Assembly: GCA_013115145.1 (NCBI GenBank)
Contig: JAAPAO010000205.1
Coordinates: forward strand, 1 to 52,721
Reading direction: 5' to 3'
Origin: Perkinsus chesapeaki ATCC PRA-425
Taxonomy: Eukaryota > Protista > Perkinsozoa
DNA length: 52,721 nt
Below, piece after piece: positions 12,601 through 24,600 of this stretch. The translations under genes and the position numbers were made by a program. Under the pieces are notes generated by a model, which ran no database searches, had not been told where the DNA came from, and worked only from the letters and a program-made list of their open reading frames with translations. Positions within the stretch are counted from its first letter, which is position 1. The number at the start of each line of letters is the position of its first letter.

Positions 12601-15600
12601 TTTATTCAGGTAACTGGCGATCCGATCGGCGTTGACAATCTGCTCGAAGAAGTGAGCGGCTCTGTGATTGGATTCAAAACCTTCAATGAGTGTTTCGATG
12701 AAAAGCATCGGCGGGCGTGGGATAAGGAAATGCTGCAGTTCCGAGAGAAGACTGTAGAAATTGAAGACAAAGCCATTGTGTTTCTGGACACGCGATTCAG
12801 GAAGGTAACGCCTGTATGGGACGGCGAGCAAAGTTGGGGCGGTGTAGATGTTGTGACGTGACGTGTGGTTAATGGTTTGAGACGTGCGAGCTCGGTGTTA
12901 GGGCTCGTGGTGACGCCCTTGTGTTTTATTGGCAGATGTGTTACATTTGTTGCCAAGCCCGTCTAGCTCAGTCGGTAGAGCGCAAGGCTCTTAACCTTGT
13001 GGTCGTGGGTTCGAGCCCCACGGTGGGTGTGCTTATTGTCGCTTGAACTCGTGTAGTTGTATGCCGCAGTTTCCGTAGAGAGTGTACTGCGCGTGAATTG
13101 TCAGATAAACTTCGTGGGTTGTCATCCTGGAAAACTTACCTTTAGAAAGTTAACTTTGAAAGCTAGAATTCGTGGCCGAGTCTGTCTGGCGTTATTAGGA
13201 TTACACTTCTTGAACTTACATAAAGTGGTACATGAAAAGAGTACTCCGATGACGCTGGGACAGCTGTGAATCGATTGTTAGTTGCTATTAGTTTGAATAT
13301 TAAAATGTACCAGGGCCCAGGAATCTTGTTGCTTAGTTACGGTCGGCTGAAGGGGCATTTCAACTGTTGCAAAATTTCAAATCGATTCAAAGCAGGGATA
13401 GAATAAATGACAAAATGAAGGAGAAGTTTGCCGATATTGTCGTGCAGTATGGGAATGAGGTCAAGAAGATGACGGAGGTGTTCCAGAGACATAGTAAGCG
13501 GGGAAGACGATGGCAGCGGCTGCTGCTGCTGATCGGTCATAGAGGAAGGATGACAAATGTTGAGCCTAGCTGCTCGTTAGGGGCGCGTCCGCTTATATTA
13601 TTTGTCAAGGATACCATTTGCTTTGACGTCTACTCACCTCTGAAATTCAACTTCACGTCAAATCTAACCTGCTTATCGGTCAAAAATCGTTACTAAGATT
13701 TGCATTCATTCATATAATTTTCCGCCGTTGTGGAGAATAGGTTTTTTGATTATGCCGATCCTTCGGTCGTATCCTTTATTTTTTCAGAGAACCATCCGCG
13801 TATCGCTAAGAACGCTCCTCCAGTGTCGGGCGCCATAGCATGGGCTCGCAACATCCTGGAACGAGTGAAGCGCCCTATAATGGCGTTCAGGAGTATGCAG
13901 TCCTTGCTGGACAGTCCAACTGGGCAACAGGCTTGCGGGGAGTATATAGAATTGGGGAAAGCAATTTTGAAATATGAAAAGGAGTTATTTGCTGAGTGGC
14001 AAAGGAGTGCTGAGGATAAGGCAACTGAGTGTTTGGGAAGGAGCATCTTGGCGATTGATAAATGTGAAGGCGATGCAAGCTCGTCCACTTATGTGGTCAA
14101 TTTCGCACCGGAGTTGATCGAACTGATGAAGGAGGCGAGGAATTTCGATTTAATTGGCGGTTTTGAGGTCCCTGGAGGAGTACTGAATTTAGCATTACAG
14201 ATGGATAAATATAAGGATTATGCCGAACAGTTGAGGGTTATGTTGCAGAGTTATGAGGAGGCTATTGGAGGCTTGTCAATGGTAGTAGGTGGGGAGGAGC
14301 AGTGTCGTTTGTAGTGCGCTGTCTCATATATTTGATAGGGGGTCCAAAATATTGGCTGTGAATTTTTGGCATCAGTTTGTCATTTAACGGAGGGTTTCTT
14401 ACGTATCAAATAATGACTCGAGTGATTCTGCTTGATCTTTCGGCAAAGTTGATTGTAACTTAGCATTTAGAATGATCATCTACTGATCCAGTTGATAGAG
14501 ATGATAATATTTACTCCCTACGTGGTGATATTAGTATTATATATATTACTGCGGTTATATTCATTATAAGAGGATACATATTATTTTATAATAATTTGTT
14601 CACGTCTTATTATTATTCTCGATTTAGAGTTCATTGCAGTTGCCTATCTTGAAAGTGATGACGGTTGGCGAGCAGCTTTTCATGAGTTCACAATTTATTT
14701 TGCGTACGTAAGTAGAAGGAAGTCTTACTGTTTAGAGATTATCCAGCATGTGCTGCTGTCCGTCATAATCCTGTTTACTGTGCAGGTACAGTGCAAAATA
14801 CTGCATACTCAGATAAGGGATCTTCACAAGTGTCTGAGGCCTGGTTTAACCCCATTAAATTGGAACAGTCTCGGGATCATAGATTTCATCGAGTCGGCCA
14901 GTCGGGGGATAGCGGCATTTAAGAATGTCAGAGAGCAAGTGGAAAAATCGGAGGAAAGAATTGAGGCAGTTGTCGAATCGATCGAACGATCGATTTTGGT
15001 GCGGCCGTTTGATTGGACGAAAACTGACATTAGTCCGTCGGCTTCGACCAGCACACTCGCGGAGGAGTCGGTGGGATCGTCGAGTAGTGACGTATCGAAA
15101 ACGATGGACGTTATGGAATTTTACGACTTTTTTGAGACCCATCGGGTGGCAGAGGTGGAAAAGTTGGTTGATCAATACGAGGCGATCGGACCGTTTTTGA
15201 TAAAGATTGAGGAGACGACGGCGGGAACGAAATCGGGTGCGGCAGAGAGTATGAGAGAATATTATGTTTATTGGGAAAGGAGGATATTTAATGCTATCAC
15301 TACGGCATTAGTGAGAGGGATCAGCACCTTCCAGGTAGGGAGTCTAAATCGATACGGGTTTCAAAATGTAATTGTCTTTGCGCACACAGTAGTACGATTG
15401 AGACGTTTGATTGGGTCTAGGCTGATCACCGATGATGATGTATTAATGAGGTTGTCCATAGGGAAAAACTAGGGTATATGTGGCTCAAAATACCTTTCGA
15501 GGTATTGAAGACGTTTGGATCGGCTTATTATTATGCGCGCTTGTTTCTGGCGATACGACAGTATCGTTTTTCAGGTGTTGTTGGACTCGGCAACGGAGAG

Positions 15601-18600
15601 GCCACCGTTGATAAAAATTCGGGCAGAATTCAACCCTCCGGAAGTTGTGGTTGGTTCACTGCATGGAGTGTTCAAGTTGCTGACGAAGCTTCTACAGAAT
15701 GTGTTGCACAGTGCTGGGTCATTCGTGAGGTGGATGGATGGCACATGTTTGATGGTGAGCCAGACCATACCTATCTGGGTCTTGGGGAGGGAATCCTCCT
15801 CCTTGTATTTGACCTCGTTATTCGTTACGTGCCCCTCTTTAAATTATGAACAGGGTGGTTATCGGACCTGTTGTGGATGAGAAGCTTGGTAAATAGGAAG
15901 TTGAATGATCGCTCAGTTGTAGAATAGTCCGCTCGATTGCGCTGTCCTCGGCTGTTCAGCAATATGTGATTAATCAGGTCCCGACGCAATCTGCTCAACT
16001 TGAGGAGGACAAAGCTTTAGCGTTCACTTTCTATAAGGATGTGTCAGAGAATCCTGTGCTGGTAGAGATGACGATGACCATTCAAAACTCAGTGCAGCAA
16101 GTGTTCCAAATCATAAACAAGTTCATGCGAAGTTGGAAAAAATATGATACCCAGTGGGGGCTGTGGGACGTGAAAAGACGGCAGAATTTGGAGAGATTGG
16201 CGGTGGACAAAAAGCCTTCGCTCCACTATTTCGATGCGCACTTGAGGGTGTATAGGAATCTGATTGATACAATGGTGGCTTATAAAAGGGACCATGATGT
16301 TGCATTTGTCAGAGTCGACTGCAGCGCTGTTATTAATGGTGAGTTTGGCGATTGGATCTCTGAATTTTAGGAGTCTTGGGAAGTGTGATGGTGGCTGCGC
16401 TGTGGTGTAGGTATCCGGTCTCAAGCTCAGGAATGGATGACTGACTATGCGAGGATACTTGGTGATATAGCGTCGAAGGAATTGGAGAAAATACGAGTAG
16501 GAGGGTTTGTACCAGTCATGACAAGACGACCATCAGAAAGCACCTGCCACGGTTAAGCTGTCCTGTCTGTTCTCATTATCTTCTACTTGCTAATATGAAC
16601 ACAGCGCCTTTTGGTCGGATATTATCGACTTGTAGACTGATGCACTTTCCTGTTTTATCGCCCAGCATTCGTTGAGGAGATTTGATGTCTTCTCGAAAGT
16701 AGGACAAAGGAAATCTTTGTCAGCTCGAATAGTTATTCGAACGGCATTTTGATGATATTTTCCTTTAGACGGAGCTGAAGGATTACAGATCCAATATAGA
16801 TTTTATGCCTACTAAGTTGGAGGAACTTAAATCGATGTTGAATACTATAACAACTGTAGAAGCGGTGAATATGGATATGGAGATTAGGATAGGAGAAGTT
16901 AGAGAAAAGTGAGGAGGAATGGCTACTTGAGGGTTGCTGGGAAGAAATTGGGCCTCCGTATAATATATAGTGCATTTGTTTTTATATAAGTGTACTTGGC
17001 CTTGGCACAGTGGTAGTAGGACTTGATCTATGAAGCTAGTAGTGGTAGGAGGACTTCATATTGAGTAGCCGATCTATGAAGATTCGGTTTCTCGGTTTTA
17101 ACGATAATATTTGGTATGTTGTCTCGCATGGAGGATGCGTAGATCGGATGTGACATACTTGTATATATTCATAATAGAGCTTGGAATCTCAAAGCTGTTT
17201 ATGCATACGACTCCTTGACTCCTTGACTGATGACGGTGCATATAGTACAACCCTTGGAATGCTAACAAGCTCTTATTTTCTATGTTCCTTGTGGAGATCA
17301 TTTTCGTAGACCAGATGATTGAATAGGGCCAACTAGCTGTATGTTGCTTACCTGGCTTAGTTACCGCACATTGCTGTTATATAAGTGCAAGATGAAGCCA
17401 GAAGATATGAACTATGCGGAGAGCCTGCCAGAAGTGTGGAGGAGTTTGAAGAAGTATTCTAGAGCGAAGGATGAGGCGTTGGAGAAGAGCAAGATTGAAT
17501 TTGCTGAGATTACTAAACAGGAGGTGCTAAGCAGGGATGGTGTCGTTGGACGGTAGCTGTGATGTTACGACGAGTATGTCACGCTCATTGACGTTCGAGG
17601 AAATGAGACTCTGGGAAATGAGTCAAGAAGTTGGGCAGTCAGAAATTACTAATGTGAATCGATAATTAATGTGCGGAATGCGATGAAGGATGCGTATGCC
17701 CGTCTAAAGTTGTTATAGTAGTGCTGACTATTGTTAACTGAAGTTGTTATAGTAGTGCTGACTATTGTTAACTGAAGTTGTTATAGTAGTGCTGACTATT
17801 GTTAACTGAAGTTGTTTTCAGGTTGTAGACTTCAGTGACCGATGTAGCAAGCTGCTGGATGAGTTCAGTAGCGGAGGCCCAGGTAGGAGCAAAGGGGACA
17901 GAAGTTGTGTTGGAATAAGCACACCCACCGTGGGGCTCGAACCCACGACCACAAGGTTAAGAGCCTTGCGCTCTACCGACTGAGCTAGACGGGCTTATTA
18001 GTGAGGTTTCGCATGCTGCCTCAATTGCTTTTTTCAGGGACGGATGACGTGAGTCTCGAAGAGGGAGCGGAGTTGATGAAAAAATACCAAAATGAGGTCA
18101 ACCAATGCCAGAATCGCAAAGAGGTCCATGAAGCTAATTTCTGGCTTCCTATGGATGTTATGTGTAGGAGCTGGTTAAATCGGAGATGCTGTTCAATCTG
18201 CCAATAACGAGCTACGTCGAACTGGTTATTGTGGAGAAGCATTTAAAGCTGCTGAAGAATGTCTATGACATTTATATGGAGCATAGGAAAATGGTAGTAA
18301 AGGAGGGTTGATTTTTGGGAAGGTTTTCGGGGAAGTGATTTTCTTGTCGTAAAAATATGGGAAATTGGATTTAGTTTGAGCGGCGCAGGGACAGTAGTCC
18401 GTGAACGCAGACGCAGATTTAGCTATGCGGCACGCGGACCGCTGAGTGTTAGACTTTCCCGGTCGTATCTTTGAAGGTTGGAATTCCAGCCGTGGAGTAA
18501 TGTGTTGAGTATGTGGAGGTCGGCTGCTAGAGGTAGCTGGCGCTTCGAGGATGCATGTGTGGGCGCGGGCGTCATCCCTTGGTGAAAAATAATGCACTTG

Positions 18601-21600
18601 ATGAATATAGCCTCAAAAAGCAGATTAATTAGTGCTTAATTTATTATAACAGTGGTTGTTGCTGTTGTTGTGTAGGTTGAGGAGTTTAGTAATATGTTGT
18701 GGTGTAAGATTGATATAGCATTGTTGGAGCGGACATCTGAGGAGTATGATAAGAAGGTTAGGAAGAAGGGGAAAGAGTAATAATTGGTTGGGTAGAAACA
18801 GCAGTGAAGTAGTATACGAGATTTAGTATCATAATTACTAGTACAGAAAAGGTAGGGAGAAGTGTGAGGGAAGCATGGACCGAATGCTAATGACTGATAT
18901 TCATAATTTATAATTAGTAATAAGAATGCGTTTGATGGAAAGCAGACACTATCAACCGAGAAGGTGGCATTTGGGGTGGTTGGTGATTCACTGAATACTC
19001 CCTATCAAAGTCTAGACATTGGGAACACTAGTGGCATGCTGGTGATGTGGTTCAGGTTACCCGATTTGAAGTCCACGTCAGTTTTTAAGAAGCTCGAGCA
19101 AGTTGTATCGGATTTCAAGAACTCAGTGCCGTTAATAGCGAGTTTGAAGACAGACGCTATTAAGCCTGGGCATTGGGGAGAGTTGATGGCGTTGGCTGGG
19201 CAAGCCGCGGAGGAGGACTCGCCGTTGATTGATTTGGCGTCGATGACTCTTAAGTCGGTGTTTGCATTGGAGCTGCAAAGGTTCCCGGAGGAGGTTAATG
19301 AGATAAGTAAGTTGGAATATTAGAAAATAAGCTGAGGAGTTGGGAATTTGTTAATTTGGTTTCCGACTTTGTTGAATATTGTCATTTCGTATTTCAGGGA
19401 CCGCGGCTACAAATGAGATGAACATAGAGAATGAACTGAAGAGGATTGAGGCAGCGTGGAGAGCGCTGAATTTGGATATGGGAATGTATAAAGGTAAGCA
19501 AGCGTAACCTCTTCGTTTGATCGTATTATCTGTTGAAGGGGTGAATCTTGACTCGTTTTTTTTTCTAAAAAAGTGCAAGTGAGGTGACGTTTCAGGCGAC
19601 CGCGGTCATGTTCTTCGTGGAAATGAGGAGTTGAGGCAGACGCTGGAGGACCACGTTTTGTTATTGCAGAGCATGTCGATGAGCAAATATGCGGTGAAAC
19701 TGATGGAGTCGATTAAGAGATGGGAGAAGAACCTTAACGTGGTTAACGAAGTTCTGTCGGCGTGGCTTACTGTACAGAGGAAATGGATGTAGGAGTATCT
19801 TAGGGTCGAGTTGGATGCAAAGGGGGGATTGGGCCGCAGGTATCTTGAGAGCATCTTCCTGGATTCGGACGATATAAGAATGCAGTTGCCGGAGGAGGCG
19901 AAGAAGTTTGATAAGATTCATAAAGTGTTTAAAGAGCTGATGGAGAAGACGTAGGTTGATTGGCACCACGGAAAGAGGGGTGCTTTGGAATGTGTGATTT
20001 TGCGAAGGACTAAGTTTATGCAAAGAAATTAACTTGGAGTTTTATAGGGATTTTACATTTGCTCATTTCACTGTGAAATATAATAAGCTGTGGCAACTGG
20101 TTTGAAGGTAGATGTTAGGATTAATAACTTGAACACTTGCAAGTGTCCTTGATGGGAAGTGCAGGGAATCGTGTAGCGTCCAGCGTTAATCGCAGATAGG
20201 GAATCATTCCTCATGCGGAGATATTAATTTGATAAAGAGGCACTTTAAAGGGGTGTCTTGCGAGGCTTAAAGGCGATTCGGACGATTCGTAATTGTTAGC
20301 CTTATCAGTTCAACCGAGCTATTATATCAGTGGTTTTGCTAGAGGATATAGTTGGATTAACTGCACAATGCAGTCTGCATTATCGTATCTTAAGCGGAGG
20401 GGAATGATAGGTGGCTGCTTTTTATTACGCGTATTTGTCAGCGCGTCGAGCCCGAACGCTATTCAAGCTTGCTGTGCGAATGACAGACTGACGGACTTGA
20501 AGAACTTGACGGCGGAGCTGGACAGAACTCAGAAGAGCCTCACCGACTATTTGGACACGAAACGTGAGACGGAGGGCGTCATTAGTTTTTTATTTCAGTT
20601 GGAGGAAATGGGGAAGTCGGTATGGAATCTGTAAAAATTTAGGAATTTAAGAGAATCTTTCCGTGGCAATCATGAAGAAAGCAATCGAACATTTCAGCGT
20701 TGTGACCGATATTACCGCAGTAATACCACAGCAGTAGGCAGCAGTATGGACACTATTCGATGCCTGTAGAACATCACATACAGGTCCGCGACGGTGAAGG
20801 CTCTTTTTTCTTATTCGGTGCAATCGGATATAATATATCCAAGCTAACACAATTCTTGAACAATATGAAGTTAATATGTTAATCTCGATGGTACTTCAGG
20901 TGCTTCCTTTCCGCGTTTCTATTTTATATCTGATGATGAACTGCTGTCCATATTGGGAAGCTCGGATCCCCAGGCAGTGCAACCTCATTCGTTAAAGCTG
21001 TTTGATAATGCCAAGGAGATTGTATTTAAACCGGGAAGTAAGACAGGAATCCTGTCACGGCATGTTCATGCTTGCATGCTTCAGCTCTCCATTTTCCGTC
21101 ATATGAGCTCACCTTCGTTAATTTCTGGTAGATTGATTCCATTTGTATCCTCGAAATTTATTCAGACCGCCGCCGGCCAATGGCTGTGAATTGATATATA
21201 GTAGTATATATAAGAATATATTAAAGGGATATTATGGTCAAAGATGCTTCCGTATATTAATATAGGATTGGAGTATATTATAATATTGTTATACGCGTAT
21301 TACGCGGGACAGTTATCTTCTTTGAACAGGCTGTGAATTGATAAAGTAGCCGGGTTGTGATGAACGGTTAGGATTATATTATGTATATCGTCCTTCAGCT
21401 GCTAATGTGATTGGTATGGTGTCGGATGAGGGTGAGAGATGGACATTCTGTAATACTGTAAAGGCAGTTGGAGCAGTTGAGGACTGGATGAATAAGGTGG
21501 TGAAAAACAACACTAAGGAGGCGTTCTTCGCCTTCTGGGGGCGTATTCCGCGATGTGAAATATGAACTATGTTTTTCACGGGCGTTTTGCAGATCGCGGT

Positions 21601-24600
21601 TGGAGCGCCAATGCTTTTTATATAACCGATATATAACCTTTATGGGACGGCTGGGAATAAGTCTCTCTGGCAATTGAATCGTAATGCAAGGGGCGACTGG
21701 TCTATTTTTATTGAATGCAAAGACACTGTGAAAAGCCGAAGTTGCGGTTGTAGGAGCGTTTGGGAGTTACTCAAATTTGATATGATAATGGAGGAGTTTC
21801 AGTGCTACTCCTAGGGCCTGTGGGTTGGGATTAGCGTCTTCAGTGACGCTCCTGGCTCATTGTAATGGAATGAATAACTCCATATTTAGGTTGACGACGA
21901 GATGAAAGATTCCCTATTGCGTCTCATGAAAGAAGCGGTTTATCACTATCCTTCTAGCGAGCGAACACAGTGGATCCTATCTCGATTGGGAATGGTCGTA
22001 TTGGCGGGGACGCAGATATGGTGGACGTGGAGCATTGAAGATACGTTCAAAAGAGTTATGGAAAAGGGAGATAAGAACGCGATGAAGAAGGAGCTGCGAA
22101 AGGAGACTCAGCAGCTTAATCAGCTGGTGGAATTGATCAGAACGGATTTGAGTAGCTGCAATAGGAAGTGTGTGAACACGCTGATTATTTTGGATGTTCA
22201 CGCGAGAGATATTGTTGATCGGTTTGTGCGGGACTCGATACTGGACGCGAGGGAGTTTGCTTGGGAAAGCCAGCTTCGTTTTATGTGGGATAGGAAGCTG
22301 GATGATATATTAATTAAACAATGTAAGAGATGTAGGGTGGTAGGATCGAACCTGTGGTATCTGGATAGGTACAGGGTCGTTCCGGTATTGCTACGAGTAT
22401 CAAGGGCTAAATGGACGTTTGGTTATCACGCCTCTAACGGATCGATGCGTGATGACGTTAACAACGGCACTGACCTTCCTGCTCGGCGGCAGTCCGGCTG
22501 GACCTGCTGGTGAGTGGGGGTCGGTTCGGAAATGCCATGAGCTTGTATCTCGTAACTTGGTTTCGAGTGAGGTTGTTAATTAGTATGTAATCCGTAGGGT
22601 TGAAGAGCGTCTTGAATCCTTGGTAGACAGCAAGAGTTGAGAGCACTCTGCGGATGGGAAAGGGTTCAACTTGGTGTGAATATCACGAGCATTTCATCAT
22701 CGAGCTTTGCAGTACGGCTAATATAGCTGCTTCCCAACGCACCTGCCAACGCAAGGCGTGTGGCAGTAATGGTGAACGATTGCCGGGGCGCAGAAACAAA
22801 TAAGAACTAGCTTACCGAAAATGAGGTCGTTTTGTATATTCAACGCACCTGGTTGGTATACCTCGCTAGGGTGATTGATAACGGTTGGAATAGGTACTGG
22901 TAAAACTGAGACCGTGAAGGACTTGGCTAAGAGTTTGGCGATAAGATGTGTTGTATTCAATTGTGGAGAAGGACTTGATTTCAAGGCTATGGGTGGGTAT
23001 GATTGGCAATATGGAAGATGATGGGAACACTGATAATCTAAAAGAACTACTATGATTGTTTTGTGAGCCATTTTGGGATCGATCGGGGAAGTTTAGAAAC
23101 TGTGTTACTAAATTATGCGTTATAACTACTGGTAGGGGTGAAAGGTCTCTCGCCAAAGTCATTCTTGCCAAGAACGTGGCATTTCAAACAGCTAATAGGA
23201 ATATCTCAGTGCTGGTTGTCAAATGCCAATGTGATAGAGGTTTATCTTTACGGTTTTGTGCTGCATAGCGTCCACATCTTCCGGCGCTCCATGGACTTCG
23301 TCAATCCTGTTCAGGTACGATATTTTCGGGGTTGGCAGAAGCTGGGTTTTGGGGATGTTTTGATGAGTTCAATCGTATCAATGCCGAAGTCCTGTCGGTC
23401 GTCAGCGCGCAGATTAAATCGATACAGATGGGATTGGCTCAGCAGAGCAAAACGATTGAACTGCTTGGGAGGGATGTGACGCTTCGCAGCACCATCGGAT
23501 ACTTTATAACTATGAATCCCGGTTACGCTGGTCGAACGGAGCTGCCTGACAATCTCAAGGCGATGTTCCGACCAGTGGTTATGATCGTGCCGGACTTGCT
23601 TATGATTTGTGAAAATATGTTGATGTCCGAGGGTTTCGGTAAGGCGAAGGTCCTCGCTAATAAGATGACCGTTTTGTACTCGTTGGCTCAAGGGCAACTT
23701 TCTAAACAGTAATGGGTGATACTCCGGCTCGGGAAAGGGCGCTGTGTTTTAGGTACCATTACGACTTCAAGCTTCGTGCGTTGAAGTCGGTGCTGGTCAT
23801 GGCTGGCGATTTGAAGAGATCATCGTCGGAGTTGCCGGAGGACGTGGTCCTTATGAGAGCTCTGAGAGATATGAACATGCCTAAGTTTGTTAAGGAGGAT
23901 GTAAGGGTTGAATTGCCCCGCAGAGGATACGCTTTTCGCAATTTTTATCATTCGCGTTTTATGTCGTGGTAGTGGAACTATTGGGCAACAACAGCTCTAA
24001 CACATTTAGGCGCTGAACTGCCAATTGTAATAATTGCCTCGATCTCCCTGTTGTTCTGTTCCACTGTAGAGAATGCCATTGGAATGATCTGATTTCACAA
24101 TGTGAAATCAATGCGACAACTTGGGAGGGGGAAATGGTCGTCTTCAAGCTTCGTCTTCTAACGTTTTTGGTGCCTCAGTAATCCACCAATAGTCCACGGG
24201 ACCTACCGTGGAGTTCATAAGGTCGGCTATGTTGAACCCGTCCTTTCTCAAAACCTAACATTCCCGTCGAACGGGAACGAATACTAGACGAAAGCCAAAG
24301 GCAATCCGACCGTCGCCGAACTCCGCCGAGATATCAACACCCCAATCAACACCGTCAATATTTCCAAAGTGTGATAGACAGAGCGGCTGGAACTTGGAAG
24401 ATCGGGCGACATCATTAGAGTTTCACCTGGTTTGAGTCTAAAACGGGTTTACGCCAAGTGGTTTCCCGATAAACGCGGAGACAAAGTCTCAAGTTATCGA
24501 ACGCACCTGGGTGTACCGTCCTCGAACTGGTACTTAGGAACGGCAACAGAAACAACCGAAGAAGATACCATGCTCGCTGGGAACGAAGCAAGAGTGTAGC

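Noticed and set aside
18476-18491. GGTTGGAATTCCAGCC resembling a tRNA T-arm
   Set aside because: No D-arm, anticodon arm or acceptor stem could be folded around it
23067-23076. GCCATTTTGG, the middle of the dinoflagellate SL, in a dynein intron
   Set aside because: Only 10 nt, and the 3' CTCAAG is absent; not significant
23683-23692. TTGGCTCAAG, the last 10 nt of the spliced leader
   Set aside because: Inside a conserved dynein exon (SLAQG codons); upstream bases do not match; expected by chance
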